Below the pieces are notes generated by a model. It saw nothing but the letters and a program-made list of their open reading frames with translations. It did no database searches and had not been told where the DNA came from. DNA of 42,512 nt from Balneolia bacterium. GTDB lineage: Bacteria; Bacteroidota; Rhodothermia; Balneolales; Cyclonatronaceae. The translations under genes and the position numbers were made by a program. Of the stretch, positions 35,411 through 42,512 are shown piece by piece (the first letter of the stretch is position 1; the number at the start of each line of letters is the position of its first letter). The stretch lies in NCBI GenBank assembly GCA_003567135.1, contig PXAI01000332.1, forward strand, positions 1 through 42,512, in the 5' to 3' direction.

Positions 35411-35842
35411 TTATTCGCATTTGATTTTATTCACGCGGCGTCCGTGGCGTCCGCCTTCAAATTCGGTATCGAGCCAGGTTTCCACAATAACGCGCGCTTC
35501 ATCGGCCGATAGAAATCTTCCCGGGATGCAAAGCACGTTGGAATCGTTGTGTTTGCGGGATAATGAAGCAATTTCCTTTTCCCAGGCAAGCGCCGCGCGA
35601 ACGCCCGGATACTTGTTGGCCGTCATGCTCATTCCCTGTCCTGATCCGCACACGAGAATTCCGCGCTCGTATTCATTTTCTGAAACTGCTCCGGACACAA
35701 GTTTGGCGAAGTCGGGATAGTCAACCGATTCTTCACTGTGCGTGCCGTAATCAACGGCCATTAAGCCGCGTTCTTCAAGGATTTTTTTGATGATTTCCTT
35801 GGTTTCAAAGCCGGCATGATCTGATGCAATTGGTATAATCAT
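35411..35842 (-). CDS. rpiB: Ribose-5-phosphate isomerase B
   Basis: IASDHAGFE.K, VDYPDFA, GILVCGSGQGMSM.ANK..GVRAA and RHGRRV. Length is 143 aa. Confidence 0.95.
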   Translation of the reverse strand: MIIPIASDHAGFETKEIIKKILEERGLMAVDYGTHSEESVDYPDFAKLVSGAVSENEYERGILVCGSGQGMSMTANKYPGVRAALAWEKEIASLSRKHNDSNVLCIPGRFLSADEARVIVETWLDTEFEGGRHGRRVNKIKCE

Positions 35843-35932
35843 AGTCTTTAATTTAAGGCTATTTCCGACGATTCAGAAGTAAGAATCTGTGAAAAGCGAA
35901 TCTGCCGGTAACGATGATTATTCCGGTGGATT

Positions 35933-36910
35933 TCAGGGCAGATCCGGAAAATCGATAAAGACTTCAAACGATATTCCCGAGCGGCTGGCAAACACGCCGA
36001 TGCCGCCATCCACATTCCAGAGCACGTTTTCGATCTGGCCGGGAGAAAGGGTGGAACCTCCGCCCTGAATGTTCACAGAGCGCTGATAATCGTAGAGGTT
36101 GTCATCAATGGTGTAAATGGAAAGCTCGTTTGGCCCGAAATAGGCAATACCAATCCAGGGATATTTCAGAGTAAGGCTTCCATCGGGATTGGTATCGTAG
36201 TTGCCCTCATTCACGATTCCGGATGAAACGCGTACAAACTCGCCTTCTTCACTGTCCTGATCATCCCAGAACGGTGTAAGCGGGAAATTATCGGGATCAA
36301 GAGCCAGAGCTGAGGCCACGAAAATGCTCTGGCGGCCGGGATAATTTCCGGGGATGAAAGTCGCCTCAAACTGATCTGCACCCTGATAAACAAGGTCCGT
36401 GTTATTTACTTCAAGAAGCTGAATGGCCGGCGGAACCAGCGTTGTTGCGGTGATTCGCTCGTTTTCTTGCGCCAGATTTGTGATTTCCAGTTTATACATT
36501 CTCAGCGGCTTCACGACGGCGGTGGTGTCGTCAGCAAAATAATGTCCGCGGGTGAGGTCTGACTCGGAATACGAGTAGGTCGTTTCCACGCTGCCATCAG
36601 GATCAAGCAGATGAACTTGCACATCCGCGCCGCTTACGGCCACATCCTCAAAACGATAGGTTTCAAAGAATGGCACGGTCGTCGAAAGCTTGATCTTGGC
36701 GAGGGGTTCATCGCTGGTAAAAAAGGATTCGATTACGTATTGCTCCACGTAGTCATCCTGCTCATACAGATCGCAGCCGGCGACCAGCCACATCAGCAGA
36801 AAGCCAAAAATAAAGAGGCCCATGCGGCGGACAATGCTTTCCACAAAAAGCCGGTTCTGAAACCAGCCGGGAGATTTTTTTGTGTGGGGTGATGAAGTTG
36901 CAGTTTTCAT
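35933..36910 (-). CDS. DUF4249-like lipoprotein partnered with the upstream TonB-dependent receptor
   Basis: Lipobox MWLVAGC and a beta-rich body. Its position directly downstream of a CarboxypepD_reg-type TonB receptor is the usual DUF4249 context. The first 29 aa look non-signal-like, so the true start may be ATG 36823 (MGLFIFGFLLMWLVAGC). Confidence 0.7.
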   Translation of the reverse strand: MKTATSSPHTKKSPGWFQNRLFVESIVRRMGLFIFGFLLMWLVAGCDLYEQDDYVEQYVIESFFTSDEPLAKIKLSTTVPFFETYRFEDVAVSGADVQVHLLDPDGSVETTYSYSESDLTRGHYFADDTTAVVKPLRMYKLEITNLAQENERITATTLVPPAIQLLEVNNTDLVYQGADQFEATFIPGNYPGRQSIFVASALALDPDNFPLTPFWDDQDSEEGEFVRVSSGIVNEGNYDTNPDGSLTLKYPWIGIAYFGPNELSIYTIDDNLYDYQRSVNIQGGGSTLSPGQIENVLWNVDGGIGVFASRSGISFEVFIDFPDLP

Positions 36911-36923
36911 TTCTCGTTAATGA

Positions 36924-39182
36924 TCAAAAATTTACGGTATAGGTAACAGATGGAACAATGGGAAGCATCCTGACTTCCTCGCGTCTGACCGGGTTTTCGT
37001 CGAAGTCGAACTGGTAGAACCAGACGTTCCGTCTCGAATAGGCGTTGATCAGCTGGAGCTGAAGTTCAGAATCTCCGAGGTTGAAGAACCGGCTGTAGTA
37101 GGTAAACCCGATATCCAGGCGATGGTATGCCGGGAGCCGGGAGGCGTTCACTTTTCCTACGATAATCGGATCGTCGGGCTGGGTACCAAAGGGATTATCA
37201 ACCTGGGTGCGGCCCAGCGGCTGCGTGTAGCTTTGGCCCGTTGCATAATTGAATACGGCGGTTGCCATCCAATTATTACTCAGATTGTAATTCAGCACAA
37301 CATTTACATCGTGAATCCGATCGTATTTTGGCGGATAAAAATTATCGTTGTTGAACGTCGGGAATTTGCGGCGCGTGGTGCCCCAGGTGTATCCGATAAA
37401 TCCGTTGATCTTACCGGTGGTTCGCTGAAGCAGAATTTCCGCGCCGTAGGCAAATCCTTCACCAAACCGGAAGAGTTCGCTGTAGTCGAGCCCTGCGGTG
37501 TCTGGAATGCGGGGATCAAGTTCAAACAACTCGTTCATGGTCCGGTAAAAAAGCTCGAACTCCACGTTCAGGTTACGGCGGGGATTCCATTTTACGCCGG
37601 CCACGAACTGATCGCCCCAGGACGGTGGCACGCCGTCGTCGGTGAGCAGCCAGACGTCAAATCCGGAGAACGCTTCGTTTGTGATAAGCGAGAGGAACTG
37701 ATAGTGACGGCCATAGGCCGTTTGCAGCCTCACATTATCGGCGGCGCGATATTCAAGCTGAAGACGGGGCTCAAGCCGGGAAAAATCTCCGCTGGTGTAG
37801 TAGCTGGCCCGCAATCCCGCGTTTACGCTCCACCGGGGGAGGAATCGCCAGTTATCCTGAATGTATCCGCTGAAATACTGCGACTCAATTCTGGGAGACT
37901 GTGTGGTTAATCCGTCGAACGAATCCTCAAGTTTCAGCAAGATGTTTCCGGCCCATAATCCCGCTTTTACGGTGTGATTTTGTCCTGGTGTCCATTCCAG
38001 ATCTGTTTTGATGGAGAAATCATTAACCGTGTTTCTGCGCTTGATTTCGGTTCCGCCAAACTCAAACTGCGGCCGGTTGAAGTAACGTGATCCGGTGAGC
38101 GTAACCCTGGCAAACAGGTCGCTCGAAACGATTCGGGTATAATTTGCGCTTCCGGTCAGGTTTCCGTAGTTCAGTTTCAGAAGCAGATCATCGGCAGCGG
38201 GAAAAACAACGTCATCCATCCCCGAATAAAAAGTAAAGCTGAGGCGGTCATTCTGGCTCAGGTCGTAGTTCACACGACCGTTGATGTCGTAAAAGTAGAA
38301 GGAATCGGGGATGTTATCCACGCTGCTTCGAAGTGCCCAAAGTACAGGCTCGAGCGTAGAGCGGCGCGCGGTGAACATGTATGATCCGCCGGAATAGGGG
38401 CCTTCCATGGATGCCCGTGAGGATAACAATCCCACGCTGGCCGTTCCGCGCGTTTCGTTTCGGTTACCATCTTTGTTGTACAGATCGACCACAGATCCGA
38501 TCCTTCCGCCGAATTCTGCCGGGAACGCGCCTTTGTAAACGCGGGCGTCGCGAATGGCATCCGGGTTGAAGGTTGAGAAAAATCCGAAGAAGTGCGTCGG
38601 ATTGTAAACGGTGGTGTTATCGAGCAGAATGAGCGTCTGATCCGGACTGCCGCCACGAATGTAGAGGCCGGATGAGAAATCGGAAGCGGCTTTGATCCCC
38701 GGAAGCAGTTGCAGCGAGCGAAATACATCAGCCTGAAGCACGGCGGGCACGTCTTTAATTAACCGTGTTGGCAGGGTGGCAACTCCAACCGCCTGACGCT
38801 CTTCGAGATCGAATGAGTCGGTGGTAACTACCACATCGTCCAGATCAACGCCGGTTTCAGTCATCTCAAAATTAATGCGAAGCGTTTCACCGGCTTCGAG
38901 TGTTACTTCGGTTCGCTGCGATTCGAATCCGATAAAGCTGGCAACGAGCGTGTAGGTGCCGGGCTGCAGCCGGGAAAGCGTGTAGAATCCGCTCTGGTTG
39001 GTGGTGGTTCCGGTTGTGGTTCCTTCAATAACCACGTTGGCTCCCCAGATGGATTCACCGGTTGCTCGCTCGGTAACGGTGCCGTTTACGGTGGCTCTTT
39101 GTGATGATTGTGAGAATGCCGGATCGGAAAAAATCATCCCGGAAAAAATAAGGGCGATTGCCGGCAGCATTAGTTTGAACAT
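36924..39182 (-). CDS. TonB-dependent receptor with an N-terminal carboxypeptidase-regulatory-like domain
   Basis: Signal peptide, then TVNGTVTERATGESIWGANVVIEGT..G..T...G.Y.L..L.PG.YTLVASFIGF. Plug motifs (LQLLPGI, GLYIRGGSPDQTLILLD). A 22-strand-barrel-sized body ending ...SVTYTVNF. Confidence 0.9.
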   Translation of the reverse strand: MFKLMLPAIALIFSGMIFSDPAFSQSSQRATVNGTVTERATGESIWGANVVIEGTTTGTTTNQSGFYTLSRLQPGTYTLVASFIGFESQRTEVTLEAGETLRINFEMTETGVDLDDVVVTTDSFDLEERQAVGVATLPTRLIKDVPAVLQADVFRSLQLLPGIKAASDFSSGLYIRGGSPDQTLILLDNTTVYNPTHFFGFFSTFNPDAIRDARVYKGAFPAEFGGRIGSVVDLYNKDGNRNETRGTASVGLLSSRASMEGPYSGGSYMFTARRSTLEPVLWALRSSVDNIPDSFYFYDINGRVNYDLSQNDRLSFTFYSGMDDVVFPAADDLLLKLNYGNLTGSANYTRIVSSDLFARVTLTGSRYFNRPQFEFGGTEIKRRNTVNDFSIKTDLEWTPGQNHTVKAGLWAGNILLKLEDSFDGLTTQSPRIESQYFSGYIQDNWRFLPRWSVNAGLRASYYTSGDFSRLEPRLQLEYRAADNVRLQTAYGRHYQFLSLITNEAFSGFDVWLLTDDGVPPSWGDQFVAGVKWNPRRNLNVEFELFYRTMNELFELDPRIPDTAGLDYSELFRFGEGFAYGAEILLQRTTGKINGFIGYTWGTTRRKFPTFNNDNFYPPKYDRIHDVNVVLNYNLSNNWMATAVFNYATGQSYTQPLGRTQVDNPFGTQPDDPIIVGKVNASRLPAYHRLDIGFTYYSRFFNLGDSELQLQLINAYSRRNVWFYQFDFDENPVRREEVRMLPIVPSVTYTVNF

Positions 39183-39445
39183 TTACTGAATACTTTGCAG
39201 AATGGATAAAAATTGATGGGGTAAAATGATTTAGCTTGAGAACGTAAGTTTTTGCTAATACGTTTCCGCGAAAAAAAGGATTCCAACTTTTTTTAAAATG
39301 TAACCTTGTAACCTTTTTTTCGTTTCACCGAAGTAAGTAAATCGTGAAAAGTCTCAATTGTCAGGATAAACGAAGGTTAGCTTTGTTTTGTTTTGTTTAT
39401 GACTTTTGCAATATTTCCCAATTACCTTATCACTGAATTTATACC

Positions 39446-40813
39446 ATGTTTTCTCGTAATCGCCGCTATTTATTTGTCGGGCCTCTCCTGATTTTTATGC
39501 TGACTTTCGCTTTGGCGGTAGTTTCGCAAAATGCGGAGCAAACAAGATCGGGCCCGGTTTATGTAGTAAAAGTTGAAGGCCTGATTGATAACGGCCTCCA
39601 CAAATACATCCAGCGGGGAATTTCTGCCGCCGAAGCTGACGACGCAGCCGGATTTATCCTGCACATGGATACTTTCGGCGGACTCGTAGATGCAGCCGAT
39701 AAAATACGCAAGAATCTGCTTGATACGGATATTCCGACGGTCACATTTATTGATAAAAATGCCGCATCTGCCGGTGCGCTGATCTCATTTGCGACCGATA
39801 CGATTTTTATGGCGCCCGGTTCATCCATCGGTGCTGCCACTGTAGTTGACGGCGGCGGTCAGAAGGCGGATGAAAAGATGCAGAGCTATATGCGCGGCCT
39901 GATGCGGTCTACGGCTGAGGCAACAGGCAGAAACGCGAGAATCGCCGAAGCGATGGTGGATGAGTCTATTGAGATTGAGGGTGTAATTCCTGCGGGAAAA
40001 CTTCTTACCCTCAGCACTTCCGAGGCCGTTGAACTCGGTATGGCGGACGGAAGAAAATACAGCCTGGATGATGTAGTTGATGAGATGGGCTGGTCAGAAA
40101 ATCAGCTGATTGTCGTTCAGGAAACCACGCAGGAGCGTATTCTGAGATTTTTTGCCAATCCGGTGATGAGCAGTATTCTCATGCTGATGATGCTCGGCGG
40201 CCTGTATTTTGAACTGCAGAGTCCGGGCGTTGGATTTCCCGGCGCGATGGCAACTGTTGGCGCGCTCATGTTTTTTGCCCCGCTCTATATTATGGGTTTT
40301 GCACAGCCGTGGGAAATCATGGTATTTTTCCTCGGGGTCATATTGATAGTGATAGAAATATTTTTCCTTCCCGGGTTTGGTATATCCGGGATACTTGGGG
40401 TAACATTGCTTATATTCAGTCTGGTCGTTTCCATGATTGGAAATGTTGGATTTAGCTTTCCCGGCCTGGAGCACATGAACCGCGCAATCTGGACCATGGC
40501 AATTACCATGATTTTAGGTATGTTGATGATGTTCTCTCTCGGGAAATATTTACCTCATAACCGTATGTTCAGTAAACTCATTTTAGTGGATTCCATGAGC
40601 AAGGAATCCGGATATAATTCGAATAACAATACCGACGATTACCTCGGCAAGGAAGGTATCGCGCTTACACCGCTGCGTCCGGCCGGAACCGCCATAATCG
40701 ACGACCAGCGCGTGGATGTGGTAACGCAGGGTGATTACATCGAAAACGGTGCCCGGATTAAAGTCGTAAACACGACTTCCAGCCGTGTTGTAGTTACACG
40801 CGCACGCGCCTGA
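39446..40813 (+). CDS. nfeD: NfeD-family membrane-bound serine protease (ClpP-class N-domain, TM core, C-terminal OB)
   Basis: A signal/TM segment and a ClpP-like domain (ILHMDTFGGLVDAA..I, AASAGALISFA), then 4-5 TM helices, then a C-terminal NfeD OB fold (G.ALTPLRPAGTAIIDDQRVDVV..GD.I..G..I.VV). Confidence 0.85.
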   Translation: MFSRNRRYLFVGPLLIFMLTFALAVVSQNAEQTRSGPVYVVKVEGLIDNGLHKYIQRGISAAEADDAAGFILHMDTFGGLVDAADKIRKNLLDTDIPTVTFIDKNAASAGALISFATDTIFMAPGSSIGAATVVDGGGQKADEKMQSYMRGLMRSTAEATGRNARIAEAMVDESIEIEGVIPAGKLLTLSTSEAVELGMADGRKYSLDDVVDEMGWSENQLIVVQETTQERILRFFANPVMSSILMLMMLGGLYFELQSPGVGFPGAMATVGALMFFAPLYIMGFAQPWEIMVFFLGVILIVIEIFFLPGFGISGILGVTLLIFSLVVSMIGNVGFSFPGLEHMNRAIWTMAITMILGMLMMFSLGKYLPHNRMFSKLILVDSMSKESGYNSNNNTDDYLGKEGIALTPLRPAGTAIIDDQRVDVVTQGDYIENGARIKVVNTTSSRVVVTRARA

Positions 40814-40917
40814 TCACGGTATGATTTTATTCACAAACGTTCTATTTTAGGCTGACATCAGAGCCCGGGAATTCCCGCGTGATTTTTAAACAATTTATTT
40901 AACAGGTTTAACCAAAC

Positions 40918-41931
40918 ATGGAAGAACTCTTACCATTATTTTTTATCGGCTTCTCGCTGATATTTGTATTTGTATTTTTTTACTACGTACCAATCGGGCT
41001 GTGGATCACGGCATACTTCTCAGGCGTTAAGATTTCAATTTTTTCTGATCTGGTAGGTATGCGTCTTCGTAAAGTGCCGCCGGCTCCGATCATCAAGGCG
41101 TCGATTACTGCGCACAAAGCGGATATCGAGCTCTCCTTACCCAAACTTGAAGCTCATTATCTTGCGGGAGGTAACGTAAATAAAGTGGTTCAGGCTCTCG
41201 TTTCAGCGGATAAAGCCAATCTGGGCCTGACGTTTGAGCGCGCCGCCGCCATCGACCTTGCGGGTCGTGACGTATTCGAGGCTGTGCAGATCTCTGTAAA
41301 CCCGAAAGTAATTCAAACGCCGATCATTACGGCGGTAGCCAAGGATGGTATCCAGGTGAAAGCGAATGCGCGCGTAACTGTTCGTGCCAACCTCGAGCGA
41401 CTCGTCGGTGGTGCTACGGAAGAAACTATCCTGGCGCGTGTTGGTGAAGGTATTGTAACGACGGTAGGTTCTGCGGATGATCACAAAAAAGTACTTGAGA
41501 ATCCGGATCAGATTTCCCGCGTGGTACTCGACCGGGGACTTGACAGCGGTACAGCCTTTGAAATTCTCTCCATTGATATTGCCGACGTGGATGTCGGAAG
41601 CAACATTGGTGCCGCGCTTCAGATCGATCAGGCTGAAGCTGATCTGAAAGTAGCCCGTGCGAAAGCCGAGGAGCGTCGCGCTATGGCCGTTGCCGCCGAG
41701 CAGGAAAACAAGGCGAAGATCGAAGAGATGCGCGCCAAAGTTGTTCAGGCCGAAGCAGAAGTACCAAAAGCGATTGCCGAAGCTTTCAGAACCGGAAATC
41801 TTGGCGTGATGGATTATTACAACATGAAGAACGTTATTTCCGATACGGATATGCGTGATTCCATTGCCAAAGGCGCCGAGCCGCAGCGCAAAGGCGAGGA
41901 AGAAGACAAGCCAAGACGCAACAGAAAATAA
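40918..41931 (+). CDS. floA: Flotillin-like protein FloA (SPFH / UPF0365 family)
   Basis: [30 protein letters not shown]...I.A.KA....S...[18 protein letters not shown]...[13 protein letters not shown] matches the FloA/YqfA family signature. It is adjacent to nfeD, as is typical. Confidence 0.9.
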   Translation: MEELLPLFFIGFSLIFVFVFFYYVPIGLWITAYFSGVKISIFSDLVGMRLRKVPPAPIIKASITAHKADIELSLPKLEAHYLAGGNVNKVVQALVSADKANLGLTFERAAAIDLAGRDVFEAVQISVNPKVIQTPIITAVAKDGIQVKANARVTVRANLERLVGGATEETILARVGEGIVTTVGSADDHKKVLENPDQISRVVLDRGLDSGTAFEILSIDIADVDVGSNIGAALQIDQAEADLKVARAKAEERRAMAVAAEQENKAKIEEMRAKVVQAEAEVPKAIAEAFRTGNLGVMDYYNMKNVISDTDMRDSIAKGAEPQRKGEEEDKPRRNRK

Positions 41932-41950
41932 GTTGCAGGAAATTTAAAAA

Positions 41951-41987
41951 ACGGCTGCTCTGGTAATTCGGGGCAGCCGTTTTTTTG
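41951..41987 (+). terminator. Rho-independent terminator of nfeD-floA
   Basis: A 10-bp stem (acggctgctc / gggcagccgt, one G-U pair), a 10-nt loop, then TTTTTTT. Confidence 0.8.
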
Positions 41988-42147
41988 TACCATATATCCG
42001 GCACGCGCCAACAGGGAAACTTATTTGTATAAACTCTGGTTGGTACTTTTTTAGGTTTCAACTCATCCGTGAATAAGATTCCCGAAGATGATAGTTAACA
42101 ATATTAGCCGTATCTTATACGTTACACTAACCGCTCTTTGATTTAAT

Positions 42148-42512
42148 GGGGATGTACTTGGTTTCGACGGGATGCGTGGAATCTCAGGTTGCATGTCGAG
42201 TTCCCAGTGGTACTCGTAAAAAACATTGGACTTTAAATTGTAAGTGACAACTCTTACTCTTACCGGATGGCCGCCTAACAGCGCCTCCTGCTCCGTTAGC
42301 TGCCTGCCTGTCGGCGGCTCTCCGAGCATCATACTTTGACGGGCTGGCGCTGCACATCGGCCGGATGTGCTCAGCGCGAGACTTTTCCGGCCTGGTTGAG
42401 TGGCGTCGGGTCAGTCGGCAAACCACTCAGCGAGATTTAACACACTGACTACACATGTAGATACTTGGCGGTTTGCCATTTCGGACCCGGGTTCGACTCC
42501 CGGCATCTCCAC
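42148..42512 (+). ncRNA. ssrA: tmRNA (ssrA); the 3' terminal CCA region is cut by the window end
   Basis: The 5' end GGGGATGTACTTGGTTTCGACGGGATGCG... matches the tmRNA consensus GGGGnTG....GGnTTCGACGGG. The 3' end GGACCCGGGTTCGACTCCCGGCATCTCCAC gives a T-arm CCGGG/CCCGG. The acceptor stem GGGGAUG/CAUCUCC has the G3-U pair. The internal tag ORF ...GAC AAC TCT TAC TCT TAC CGG ATG GCC GCC TAA stops at 42276-42278. Confidence 0.92.

Noticed and set aside
39183-39445. Cobalamin or other riboswitch upstream of the TonB-dependent receptor. A short TTTTG x3 run and a TAACCTT direct repeat were also noted.
   Set aside because: I found no B12-box-like or other recognisable riboswitch core on the minus strand, and the repeats are too short to interpret.
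40866-40877. 12-bp palindrome CGGGAATTCCCG between nfeD and floA.
   Set aside because: As RNA it gives only a 4-bp stem with a 4-nt loop and no T-run. It is too small to call a terminator or operator.
42063-42426. Minus-strand ORFs of 89 and 80 aa at the window end.
   Set aside because: They lie antisense within the tmRNA gene, which has a far stronger signature.
1-42512. Mobile genetic elements, prophage, defence systems, toxin-antitoxin pairs.
   Set aside because: No integrase, transposase, phage structural, restriction-modification, Cas or toxin-like signature was recognisable in any ORF of the track. The only accessory-looking block is the envelope locus at 3.1-15.6 kb.

Overview
This is a densely coding 42.5-kb chromosomal window from an FCB-group bacterium (Bacteroidota / Rhodothermota / Balneolota-like). 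The taxonomic call rests on a SusC/SusD pair, a type IX secretion (T9SS) C-terminal sorting domain, a TonB-dependent receptor + DUF4249 pair, a Rho factor with a large N-terminal insertion, and GWxTD lipoproteins. I support 30 CDS, one tmRNA (ssrA, cut by the window end), four intrinsic terminators (one of them weak) and several repeat or palindrome elements. I found no transposase, integrase, CRISPR array, rRNA or tRNA. Most of the window is housekeeping: pyk, pyrD, folC, rho, sppA, alr, rimO, tatC, glyA, rpiB and nfeD-floA. The accessory part is 3.1-15.6 kb. There, three full-length paralogous GWxTD-domain lipoproteins (an uncharacterised family) bracket a T9SS-secreted HExxH metalloprotease, a 954-bp ORF-free region, a SusC/SusD pair with no CAZymes or regulator, and a Calx-beta-like lipoprotein. 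I read this block as a candidate surface proteolysis / peptide-uptake locus, and it is the best candidate here for an undescribed system. Other points worth a second look: (1) an ABC-3 metal permease fused to a complete DtxR/MntR-type repressor domain, in an operon that continues into a tandem crcB pair with no room for a fluoride riboswitch. (2) A 574-bp convergent intergenic region downstream of rho made of two degenerate ~224-nt tandem units with conserved and compensatory hairpins, a candidate structured RNA or repeat element. (3) Two perfect palindromes of 32 and 54 bp that share a GTAGnGAC...GTCnCTAC frame with co-varying arms. (4) A tmRNA whose tag ends in ...YRMAA. All functional names come from reading motifs in the supplied translations by eye; no database search was run.
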